Part shown: positions 43,436 through 51,560 of the stretch, piece by piece
How the letters are laid out: every line of letters begins with the position of its first letter
Position numbering within the stretch: the first letter of the stretch is position 1
From: a virus
DNA: 64,000 nt
Strand: one strand, 5' to 3'
IMG/VR virus record: IMGVR_UViG_3300043788_000134
Coordinates: 5,882-69,881 of that record
Position numbers and translations under genes: made by a program
Notes under the pieces: generated by a model
Told to the model about the DNA's origin: nothing
Seen by the model: the letters and a program-made list of their open reading frames with translations, nothing else
The model's database searches: none

Positions 43436-43954
43436 TTAGGGCACAATCTGAAACGTTGCTTCCGCCGACGTGCTGCTGATCGGCCACAGGTTTTCCCATG
43501 GATAGCAGATCGAATAGACATCAAGCCGCAGATTGTAGGTTCCGGGAGCGGTACCTAGAATTTTCGGGATCATGACCGGCCGGGGATCGTGCTGGATCGG
43601 GCCGACATCTTGCGGCACGTCGATGCGATGTTCGCCGCCGTGACCGACCTCAAAGCCGTCCTTGTCGTAGATCGTCTCGACTGCGTAGCTCGGACAAAGC
43701 CTGGTCCACTTTCCAGTCTTGGCGAGTTTGATTGGCGTGCGGTTCAGAACATCGCTGGCGCTGACCTGATCGGGGATGATGCGAATGGTTGTCAGGCTGA
43801 CCGGCGAGACAATCCGGCTCGCGGTTTCCGCCATGAGAAATGCACAGACGAAAACTACCGCGCTCACAACAATCGCCGGCAAGCCGTGGCAGGCCTGAAG
43901 TTTGAGGCCCCACGGGAGCTCAATCGGGAGCGTTTTGTTCATGCTATCTGCCAT
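43436..43954 (-). CDS. membrane-anchored hypothetical protein (172 aa)
   Basis: one N-terminal TM segment. Confidence 0.4.
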   Translation of the reverse strand: MADSMNKTLPIELPWGLKLQACHGLPAIVVSAVVFVCAFLMAETASRIVSPVSLTTIRIIPDQVSASDVLNRTPIKLAKTGKWTRLCPSYAVETIYDKDGFEVGHGGEHRIDVPQDVGPIQHDPRPVMIPKILGTAPGTYNLRLDVYSICYPWENLWPISSTSAEATFQIVP

Positions 43955-44150
43955 GAAATGCGGTCCAGAAAGAGGTTATCGCTCCCAACAGGATAACGAC
44001 GCCGGAGCCGATTCTGATCCATAGGGACCATGCCTCTTTCTGCGCCTTGTTGTAGGTCTGGGTCACAAGCCGTTCGGCCCATAGCACTTGAAGCTTTTGC
44101 CCATCTGCTGCTGTTGGAACCCTTGGCTCGAAATCGCTCGGCTCTAACAT
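43944..44150 (-). CDS. small C-terminally anchored membrane protein (68 aa)
   Basis: ORF track. Confidence 0.35.
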   Translation of the reverse strand: MLEPSDFEPRVPTAADGQKLQVLWAERLVTQTYNKAQKEAWSLWIRIGSGVVILLGAITSFWTAFHGR

Positions 44151-44216
44151 CCATTTAGCCCCAAGGTTCCATTTTTGGAACTTGCTTTAACGCTTATCTC
44201 CTATGCCGAATTCAGT

Positions 44217-44483
44217 TCAATCCAGCTTGTCCAGATAGACCATATAAGTGTGTCCCTGAATCTTCGTTCCAAGGTATTCGACGGTACACTGACATTGCAT
44301 CAAGGTGATCTTAGTTCCCGGCCCGATCGACACATGGGCATTCCCCGCGATCTGCGACTCGATCATCCGCACGAATTTGTCGGTGCGGAAGCCGTTAGCA
44401 GCGTGAGCGTAAACGATCATCCACGCCAGCGCGATTGTAGCGCCGGCGGCGAGGAAGAACCAATTGGTGCGCAGCCAAGTCAT
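44217..44483 (-). CDS. N-terminally anchored membrane protein (88 aa), spanin-like position
   Basis: TM WFFLAAGATIALAWMIVYA; in lysis cluster. Confidence 0.35.
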   Translation of the reverse strand: MTWLRTNWFFLAAGATIALAWMIVYAHAANGFRTDKFVRMIESQIAGNAHVSIGPGTKITLMQCQCTVEYLGTKIQGHTYMVYLDKLD

Positions 44484-44767
44484 GACGCAGGCGGGGCGCC
44501 GGCAGCGGTCGCAGCCGCTTCGAAAGCGGCATCAAGTGCGGCTTCCTGTGTCTGCAACTGCGCCAACTGCGCTGCGGTCACCGATGAATTGCTCTGCAAC
44601 GCGCTGATGATGTTCTGGATGATCGGCCCGATATCCTCGATTTCGGTAATGCCGGATGTGATGATCTGTTCGAGCGTTGCGATGACACTACCGATCTGTG
44701 TCGCGTCGGTAAGTCCGCCGACGATCTCGACGAGAAGCGTGAGAAGCTGAGTAAGGGCCGCACTCAT
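44480..44767 (-). CDS. hypothetical protein (95 aa)
   Basis: overlapping stop/start on both sides. Confidence 0.4.
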   Translation of the reverse strand: MSAALTQLLTLLVEIVGGLTDATQIGSVIATLEQIITSGITEIEDIGPIIQNIISALQSNSSVTAAQLAQLQTQEAALDAAFEAAATAAGAPPAS

Positions 44768-45153
44768 TGCGAGGCTCCGATGTTATACTGGCTGATGATG
44801 GCTTGCAGCGTGCCGGTCTGGGCAGTCAGCGCCGAATACAGACTGATCGGTGCGTCGTTTCCGGTGACCACGGAATTGATGAGTGTCGTGCGCGCGGCGT
44901 AGCCGATGCGGATAGCCGGGACGATAGCACCAACCGCCGTTGCAGATCGGCAGAGTGCCGAGCCGCCGGTGGCGCACGGCGGCAGCTTCAAATAGTTTTC
45001 CGCCGTGACTTCGATGGCATCGAACGCATTGGCCGCGATGTAGGCTTGCGAAGGAGTAACGCTGGCGCCGGTCACAACGCCGACGATATTGCTGAGAGTC
45101 GAACATGCGCCAAGCGACAGCGCGAGCACGGGAGCAAGAGGAAACTTTTTCAT
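44764..45153 (-). CDS. lipoprotein (129 aa)
   Basis: MKKFPLAPVLALSLGAC lipobox. Confidence 0.5.
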   Translation of the reverse strand: MKKFPLAPVLALSLGACSTLSNIVGVVTGASVTPSQAYIAANAFDAIEVTAENYLKLPPCATGGSALCRSATAVGAIVPAIRIGYAARTTLINSVVTGNDAPISLYSALTAQTGTLQAIISQYNIGASQ

Positions 45154-45401
45154 GAGGTTTTCACCGCGGGTCCGAGTGGGAATTCAGCCGCCCCAGCGGG
45201 GCCGGGCTGTGAGGGTATCATGTGAAGCACGGCATTGATTGAATTACCGAGCGTAAGAACGATAGTGTCCACGGCTAGAACGCCCTTCACTTCGGCCGGC
45301 GTAAGGCCAAGATCGGCGAAGGAAGCACTAAGCCCAGTAATTGCCCCGCCGAAAGCAAGAATAATGCTCAGCCACATACCCCATTTCGGATTGATCGTCA
45401 C
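45150..45401 (-). CDS. holin-like two-TM protein (83 aa)
   Basis: two hydrophobic helices, next to lysozyme genes. Confidence 0.4.
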   Translation of the reverse strand: MTINPKWGMWLSIILAFGGAITGLSASFADLGLTPAEVKGVLAVDTIVLTLGNSINAVLHMIPSQPGPAGAAEFPLGPAVKTS

Positions 45402-45634
45402 GAATCGGCTCCTGTTTCAAACGGATTGCCTTTGACGGTATTACCCGGTTTTTCCATAGCACGAAACGCATCGAGCGTATCGACGGCAATCTTGGCGAGT
45501 TGGCCGCCAAGGATGTTGGCCTCATTGGCTGGAATCATTCCCTGTGCCCACGACGGCACCATCGCGTTGATGTCGCCCTGCAATGCCTTGGCAAGCGCAT
45601 TCGCCACCGCAGTTAGTTCAGGCTGCGTTGCCAT
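45398..45634 (-). CDS. hypothetical protein (78 aa)
   Basis: ORF track. Confidence 0.4.
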   Translation of the reverse strand: MATQPELTAVANALAKALQGDINAMVPSWAQGMIPANEANILGGQLAKIAVDTLDAFRAMEKPGNTVKGNPFETGADS

Positions 45635-46202
45635 GCTCGATCACCCTTTGCATTTCGGCAAGAACCGTGTCTTGGCTGGTCACGTCGTAATCGCCGGGAT
45701 GGGCGAGATGCGTTGTCGTGACGATCGGCTTTCCAGAACCGCCATTCGTGACCTTGTTTCCCGGCGCGCATATCCATTGGTACGCGCCAATGCCGGGCAC
45801 AGGAACGACCGTGTCGGAACTGAATAGATGAGCAAATAGCACGTTCGGCGTGATGCCGGGATACGAGGGCGTATTGCCGGCGTGTTCGCCGTAGATCGAG
45901 GCTTGAAAGCCCCAAATGCCGGCGATGATGCGTTTTGCATTTTGCAAAGCAACGTAAGCCGCGACTACCGGCGTGTTGTTTGCTCCCAATGACGTGCCCG
46001 CGATTACCACTGGATCGGTGATCGGAAGCGCCATGATTTCCGCGACGATGGTGTTCACGTCATAATCGCGGTACGGCGAGGCGTGCATGTTGATGCCGGT
46101 CAACTCCGTCGCCATGCGCTGCGTCATGGTGCGGGCGCCTGGGTCGGTGATCGGACCCCACATTCCATACAGAAAAAACCCATGCGCGGTCATATCGCCC
46201 AC
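45618..46202 (-). CDS. alpha/beta-hydrolase-like protein (GxSxG)
   Basis: VIAGTSLGAN nucleophile-elbow-like motif; weak. Confidence 0.3.
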   Translation of the reverse strand: MGDMTAHGFFLYGMWGPITDPGARTMTQRMATELTGINMHASPYRDYDVNTIVAEIMALPITDPVVIAGTSLGANNTPVVAAYVALQNAKRIIAGIWGFQASIYGEHAGNTPSYPGITPNVLFAHLFSSDTVVPVPGIGAYQWICAPGNKVTNGGSGKPIVTTTHLAHPGDYDVTSQDTVLAEMQRVIEHGNAA

Positions 46203-46783
46203 TCGTTCGTAATCGTTGTCGAATCGACGCCCTCTGCCACGCTACTCACATCCGTAGGGTTGTGCAATCCCTGGATGACTCCACTCTCGCTGTATTGCCA
46301 CAACCAAGGTGCTTTCCAGCTTTCTTGCACCTCGGCGACTGGGCCATATTCCGCGAGCCAAAGCCGATGCGCGCCGAAGAATGAATCGTTGCCCTGGACT
46401 TGCTCTTTCGCCGTAGCCCCGGAATAGAGAACCGCCGAACGATTAAGCGCGTTCTGGATTTCAGCGAGGAAGCTTTTCGCAATGGTTTCCGATGGTTGAG
46501 TCAGTTCCCAATCGAGCGCGACGAGCGTGGTGTCGTCGGAATCGGCAACCGACAGGAAGTGTTGCGCCTGCACTATCGGATCGCTCATATCCATGAAGTG
46601 ATAGGCGCCAAATTTCAAACCGGCGTTTAAGATCGCAGAACGTCTGGCGGCATAAGCGCCATCCACCATGGATGATCCCTGCGATGCCTTGTGGATAACA
46701 CCAACAATGCCGGCCGCTTTGACCTGTGCAAAATCGTAAACGATGTTGCCGTGATAAAGATCGACGACGAGCGGCTGCATCAC
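46190..46783 (-). CDS. GH25-family muramidase (endolysin)
   Basis: VDLYHGN..DFAQVKAAGIVGVIHKASQG...AGLKFGAYHF pattern. Confidence 0.7.
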   Translation of the reverse strand: MMQPLVVDLYHGNIVYDFAQVKAAGIVGVIHKASQGSSMVDGAYAARRSAILNAGLKFGAYHFMDMSDPIVQAQHFLSVADSDDTTLVALDWELTQPSETIAKSFLAEIQNALNRSAVLYSGATAKEQVQGNDSFFGAHRLWLAEYGPVAEVQESWKAPWLWQYSESGVIQGLHNPTDVSSVAEGVDSTTITNEWAI

Positions 46784-47436
46784 GGCCCCTGGAATGTCGG
46801 ACCGGCGGCGATGGCTGCGGTGCGCAGTTCGGCAATCGATTTCTCGAATTCCTGCGCGGTTCTTATCAGCGCCGGTAGCTGCTCGGGATCGGAAATTACA
46901 GACGCAATGACGGCCGGGATATCGTCGGTGCCGTTCGGATTGAGCGCGTTGATAACCGCGGGCGGCAGGTTGTCTTCGGCGCCGTCGCTCACAACGCGAA
47001 GGCCTATGAAAGGGATATTTCGTATTTGCGCAAACTGCGCCACGGCGTAAGTTTCATCGTCGATCACTTCGCAGCCGGTTTGCGCGAAAAGTTGTGCCCG
47101 CTCCGCGATCGTGTTGGCCGTATTGAAGTTGCCGGACGACCAGCAGTGGCACTCGTAATATTTCGACGCCGCAAACAATCGCTTGCGCCACGCTACATCG
47201 CAAGTGAGGCTTTGTGCCGGCGTCACGACCGTATCGTAAATGAAAGCCTGACCGATCAGCGCGCGCTCGGAAAGACCGCCGCACAGGCCAAAGCTGATGA
47301 TGCCTGTACAGGTATAAGGGATGTTGACGATGAGACTGGAGACGGTTTGTTCGCCGGTCAGAACCAGCACGTCCGGCGCGGCGTATTGCTTCGCCACGGC
47401 GTATTCCGAACTCATGCCGGTCTTGACCGCGATCAC
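46780..47436 (-). CDS. nucleoside phosphorylase / MTA-SAH nucleosidase-like (PNP_UDP_1, HpnG-like) protein
   Basis: GTGA coupling at 47433-47436; ISFGLCGGL, VIDDETYAVAQ, LRVVSDGAED motifs. Confidence 0.5.
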   Translation of the reverse strand: MIAVKTGMSSEYAVAKQYAAPDVLVLTGEQTVSSLIVNIPYTCTGIISFGLCGGLSERALIGQAFIYDTVVTPAQSLTCDVAWRKRLFAASKYYECHCWSSGNFNTANTIAERAQLFAQTGCEVIDDETYAVAQFAQIRNIPFIGLRVVSDGAEDNLPPAVINALNPNGTDDIPAVIASVISDPEQLPALIRTAQEFEKSIAELRTAAIAAGPTFQGP

Positions 47437-47606
47437 CCGAACGCTCCGGTCAGTAAGCCAACGACGATGCCGGCGACAACGACCGCAAACGTAAAAATGA
47501 TGCCGAGCACAATCCACACCCATTCGTGGTTGGCATCTACGTCGGGATCGGAATTGACGGGCTTGGCCGTTGTGCCAAGCCGCTCGAATTTTGTGATTTC
47601 AGCCAT
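47433..47606 (-). CDS. small membrane protein (57 aa)
   Basis: MAEITKFERLG...WVWIVLGIIFTFAVVVAGIVVGLLTGAFG; below ORF-track cutoff. Confidence 0.35.
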   Translation of the reverse strand: MAEITKFERLGTTAKPVNSDPDVDANHEWVWIVLGIIFTFAVVVAGIVVGLLTGAFG

Positions 47607-47871
47607 CGAGCTTATCCGGACGATCGCGTTCGACGTAATTCGCGGTCACACCGCGCTCATAGCGTTCCAAAACCTGCACGTGCTGCGACAATAGATGATC
47701 GCCGTACATGGTCAATTGCTGGCCCGCGAACGTCGCCTGCAGCGGCCCCATGAGAACATGGAATTCGTGGCCGTCTTCGGAGAAGAACACGAGCGTCACC
47801 TTGTCGGAACCTTTCTCAACCCCGACATAGGCCATCGGGTCTTCGATCATGGTAATGTGGCGGTTTTTCAT
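47599..47871 (-). CDS. hypothetical protein (90 aa)
   Basis: ORF track. Confidence 0.4.
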   Translation of the reverse strand: MKNRHITMIEDPMAYVGVEKGSDKVTLVFFSEDGHEFHVLMGPLQATFAGQQLTMYGDHLLSQHVQVLERYERGVTANYVERDRPDKLDG

Positions 47872-47913
47872 GGGTCATGGGGTGACTCTTTGGGGAGTGA
47901 TTCGCAAGCCTTT

Positions 47914-47961
47914 GGATCACGAGAGGGGAGAACGTGTGGATAGTCCGGTTCGGTCACCGTT
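47914..47961 (+). repeat. PIR half-site, B1-like, forward
   Basis: ggatcacgagaggggagaacgtgtggatagtccggttcggtcaccgtt. Confidence 0.85.
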
Positions 47962-48125
47962 CGGTTGTACAAAAAATGGCCGCGCGGGGAACGCACTACG
48001 TTCCAACGCCGCTTCTTTTTCCCCGACAGCGGCGGTTTCCTAAGACCAGAGCATCCGAGCCAGTTACGGGGATGTGATAGTCCGGGGAGGTGTCGGCCGG
48101 TTGGTTACGGCTTCCGCGCGATTCC

Positions 48126-48371
48126 TTAATCTTTCTTCGGCCCCATTCGCCGCAAGCGGTCCACCATGCCGATCAGTTCATGACCGCCCATCGGCGCGTT
48201 CCACTGCCCGGTGCCGAAGAATCTGTCGGCCGGGATTTCGATAGAGCGGCGGCGGCCTTTCTTGCCATTCGCGCCCCAGTAAGCGACCAGTTCCAAGGTG
48301 TGCGGCCACTCGTCGTTGGCTTCATGCGTGACCGCGCGGGCAAGCTGGCCCTCGTTTGTTGCTCGGCTCAT
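48126..48371 (-). CDS. hypothetical protein (81 aa)
   Basis: ORF track. Confidence 0.35.
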   Translation of the reverse strand: MSRATNEGQLARAVTHEANDEWPHTLELVAYWGANGKKGRRRSIEIPADRFFGTGQWNAPMGGHELIGMVDRLRRMGPKKD

Positions 48372-48405
48372 GACTTCCTCTCTTTCTTCTTTGACGGTTT
48401 CTTGC

Positions 48406-49476
48406 GCGGTGGCTTTACCCGCGCAATACGCGCCATTATTTCCTCAAATCTCATGCCGGCGCGAAATGGCGAACGCGCGACGATGCCCTTGGTCACGCGA
48501 TCAGTCCTTTATAGGTCAGACGACCTTCGACTTCGGAGCAAAATTGTTTGATGCGCTCCCCGCCGCTCATACCGCGTCGACTCATGCGCCATGCCATTTC
48601 GTCAAGGTATTTTTGCAAATGTTTTGGCGATACCCAATGATGGGTGCCATTAATTTGCCGCTTCAATTGCGACCAAACGGCCTCAATCGTTTGTGTGTTT
48701 GCTTCTCCACTCCGGCCTTCACCCTTAGAATGATTGACCATCGCGTGCTTTGCAACATCTAAACTGCGATAGGCGCGTCCCGAATCCGTCACCAACTCAG
48801 CATCGGGTGACACGATATCGTCGACAAACTGCTGCGCTTCCGGCTTACCAAGACCTAGCGGCGCAACCCGCGCCACAACCCGACCCTTACGTTCGGCCGC
48901 AGCGATGACTTGCGTTTTGCCGTAGGCACTTTTGCCGCCGCTACCGAAAAAACCATCATCCACTTCAACAACTCCAGAAAGCGGCTTATTAAACGACTTG
49001 TTTCGCGCGGCGTAGCGAAGACGGTGAAGAACAAACCACGCGCTAGGCTGAGAAATGCCTAAATCCTTAGCCAGGGTCGTAGATGCAATCCCTTTTGGGT
49101 GATTAGCCAAAAGCCATATCGCGCCGAACCATATCCGCAGCGGCAATTTGGTATCGCCAAAGATCGTTCCGACGGTCACAGAAAAATTGCTGCGGCATTT
49201 GCTGCACTTATAGGCTTTTTTTCCTGCCTTTTGTATTGTGTAGATTTTCTCACGAGAAGCACAGTAGGGGCAGAACTTGCCGTCTTTCCATCGGATGGCC
49301 GCAAAATATTCCACGGCGGCTTCTGGCTTGCGAAAAGCAATCATCAAATCCGGCAGCGTTTTGAATTGGTCAATCATCGTCCGCTCCACTCTGTTTACGC
49401 AATCATAATACCGCGAAAAAGCCCGGTGTCAACATCTATCTAGGCCTGTATCGCGGTATTGCCACCAGTCCACCGC
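48406..49476. mobile_element. second IS1595-family element, boundaries tentative
   Basis: transposase ORF plus weak imperfect inverted repeats gcggtggctttacccgcgcaatacgcg (48406-48432) and cgcggtattgccaccagtccaccgc (49452-49476); no target duplication seen. Confidence 0.3.
48493..49389 (-). CDS. IS1595-family (ISXO2-like) DDE transposase
   Basis: zinc ribbon CPYC...CSKC, VEVDDGFFG, LVTDSGRAY, NTQTIEAVWSQLKR; same architecture as 31045-31941 but divergent. Confidence 0.85.
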   Translation of the reverse strand: MERTMIDQFKTLPDLMIAFRKPEAAVEYFAAIRWKDGKFCPYCASREKIYTIQKAGKKAYKCSKCRSNFSVTVGTIFGDTKLPLRIWFGAIWLLANHPKGIASTTLAKDLGISQPSAWFVLHRLRYAARNKSFNKPLSGVVEVDDGFFGSGGKSAYGKTQVIAAAERKGRVVARVAPLGLGKPEAQQFVDDIVSPDAELVTDSGRAYRSLDVAKHAMVNHSKGEGRSGEANTQTIEAVWSQLKRQINGTHHWVSPKHLQKYLDEMAWRMSRRGMSGGERIKQFCSEVEGRLTYKGLIA

Positions 49477-49643
49477 TGTCCTAGCCTTACGATATTCCGT
49501 CGATTCGCCCTCGGCAGCGCCTGCCGGGCCTGCGGAAGTCTAAACCCGCCTCACTTTGCGCGCCGCGAAGGGACGGGCTTCACCTGCAACCCGCAGGATG
49601 GGGCCGCGTACTTGGCGGCTATCCTGCCTCATTGGAGGCCCAA

Positions 49644-49937
49644 ATGGACCCGACCGACGAACGCTGGAATGAGTTCGAACGCCTTGAAGAAATCCAAGTC
49701 CGCAAAAACCTAGCAAACCGCATTTATAGCGAAGAAAAAACATTGCTTGCCGAGCAATGGCTAGCTCATTCTGACGGACTTCGACGCGCTGCTGAGTTTG
49801 CCAAGATTGACGCTTCCAATCTGGAGCAAATTCGCGTGGCGCGCAGTGCAAAAAATGCAGCGTGGACAGCAGCAATCACGGCGATAATTGCAGCAATAAT
49901 TGCGGCGATTTGCGCTGTCATCGCCGCCACTCACTAG
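49644..49937 (+). CDS. tail-anchored membrane protein (97 aa)
   Basis: ATG 49644 with GGAGG RBS; C-terminal AAWTAAITAIIAAIIAAICAVIAAT helix; only plus-strand gene in this block. Confidence 0.45.
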   Translation: MDPTDERWNEFERLEEIQVRKNLANRIYSEEKTLLAEQWLAHSDGLRRAAEFAKIDASNLEQIRVARSAKNAAWTAAITAIIAAIIAAICAVIAATH

Positions 49938-50012
49938 GAGTCTGTCCCGACTCGCCATTCTGGCCTTTGGGTGCAACTGCGCGATAGTCGCCATTCTCAT
50001 CATTTTTCATGG

Positions 50013-51560
50013 TTAGCCTTTCCTAAAACGACCATTCGGGTGACCGTGTTGCGCCCCACTATCCACAGGCCTCTCATGACCCACATCTTCCTTGCCCTTT
50101 CGCCCCGATTCAGGCTTAATCCCTCCCCCATGCGCAAAGCCCTGCTTTTGGCGTACTGCACCGCCTGTATTTTGCTGTTGTTCTACCCCTGGAACGCTGT
50201 TTTGCTGGGCCTGTGCTTCTACCGCAGCCGGGCCTTGGACGAATGGGCGTACCGCCTGTGCCAAGGGCGGAAGCGCCAAGCGCCCTCCGCTCAAGTCGGG
50301 CCGCGCCGTCTGGGCCATAGCAGCGGCTTGCCGCTGCTGTCCCAGGGGCGACCGCATACGGATCGATTCACCGAGATCGGCGGCTTTTCCCATCGCCATG
50401 GAATTCGACATCTTGCGGAGCGCCCAACCGGCGATCGGAGCTAAGGCAGTCACCCCATGAGTCGCTAGTGCTCCCATGCCGTACATCGCCGTCAGCAATC
50501 CGCCGCCGCCGCCCAAGATATTTCCCGCGTGGCGCATGGTATTTTCAAGCGGCGTTCCCTCCGCGATTTGCCTAACCTGATCCATTTCATCGGGTGTTAG
50601 GCCCCGTCCGAGCTTCGGATTGCTCGCAATATCGACCATGCGCTGGCGAATCGTATTGGCGATATTCATCCCGGAGTTTGCCGCCTTGGCGCGCAAATAC
50701 GCCTTGGTCATCCGCTGATCCAAATCCGCCGCCCGCGCCATGGCCGCATAGTTGCCATTGGCTTGCTGTAGGATTTGCGCCGCAGCTTGCGGATTACCTT
50801 GAATCACGTCCGCAGCGGGCAGATTGGATAGAAACTCGTCAAGGTGTTGTTGCGCCGACTTAGCCGCCAGCCGTTCAGTCGGATCAATTGAGCCGGCCGC
50901 ATTTCCCAACGTGCGGCGCAGACTACGCAGATTATCCACCGTCAAGAACGGCTGCGGACCTCCATCATCGCCTTGGGGCACTTTTTCAAGCTTGCCGAGG
51001 ATGCCAAAGGTTTTCGGCGCGAGATTTTCGTCGATCCCAGCTTCATTCAAATTGGTTTGGATTTCTTGACTGAGGCGCGGCCCCGCCGCCGCGTGAATCT
51101 GCACGTTTGCGACCGTCGGCGATTCGTAGCCGGCAACGGCCGCACCCTTTAATTCCGGGATAGTTGGTGCTGTTGCTTCTCCGACGGAACGCGGCGTCAA
51201 AGCAACACCGGCAACACCTTCGCCCGCCCGGGCGGCCACTGACGAAGGACTGGTAAAGCCCGCTAGGCTGCTCGCCCTGTCAGCTATTTCTGCATTCGTT
51301 GCTTGCAGCCGAGCCTCATCTTCGTCCGACCACATGCCGGGCTTGCTTGGCACAACATCGGTCGCGCCCGACGCGACATCACCCGGCAATGTTGCTCCTT
51401 GATAGGCACTTTTGACCAATTGCGCCGGCCACGTCTGCATGAGCTTCTGGCCGACCGACGGTGCCTGTGCCGCGGGTTCCGAAGGAGAATCGCTCGGCAA
51501 CGTAAAAGCCTGCGGTGCCGCGGGCGCGTCGCTCGGCAATACAAAATCGTCGGGCATCAC
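50013..51560 (-). CDS. virion internal / tail-associated protein (515 aa)
   Basis: overlaps stop of 1156-aa gene; C-terminal GFAHGGGIKP motif; last ~20 codons read through PIR 50039. Confidence 0.4.
   Translation of the reverse strand: MMPDDFVLPSDAPAAPQAFTLPSDSPSEPAAQAPSVGQKLMQTWPAQLVKSAYQGATLPGDVASGATDVVPSKPGMWSDEDEARLQATNAEIADRASSLAGFTSPSSVAARAGEGVAGVALTPRSVGEATAPTIPELKGAAVAGYESPTVANVQIHAAAGPRLSQEIQTNLNEAGIDENLAPKTFGILGKLEKVPQGDDGGPQPFLTVDNLRSLRRTLGNAAGSIDPTERLAAKSAQQHLDEFLSNLPAADVIQGNPQAAAQILQQANGNYAAMARAADLDQRMTKAYLRAKAANSGMNIANTIRQRMVDIASNPKLGRGLTPDEMDQVRQIAEGTPLENTMRHAGNILGGGGGLLTAMYGMGALATHGVTALAPIAGWALRKMSNSMAMGKAADLGESIRMRSPLGQQRQAAAMAQTARPDLSGGRLALPPLAQAVRPFVQGPAAVEAQAQQNSVPGVEQQQNTGGAVRQKQGFAHGGGIKPESGRKGKEDVGHERPVDSGAQHGHPNGRFRKG
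50039..50082 (-). repeat. PIR half-site, B-like, reverse
   Basis: ggtgaccgtgttgcgccccactatccacaggcctctcatgaccc. Confidence 0.8.

Noticed and set aside
44172-44192. GTTCCA-TTTT-TGGAAC hairpin as terminator
   Set aside because: Short AT-containing stem without a following U-tract on either strand.
47971-48004. Intrinsic terminator after ORF 48126-48371 (GGAACG...CGTTCC hairpin and T-run on minus strand)
   Set aside because: The hairpin and the T-run are separated by 11 nt and the stem is only 6 bp.
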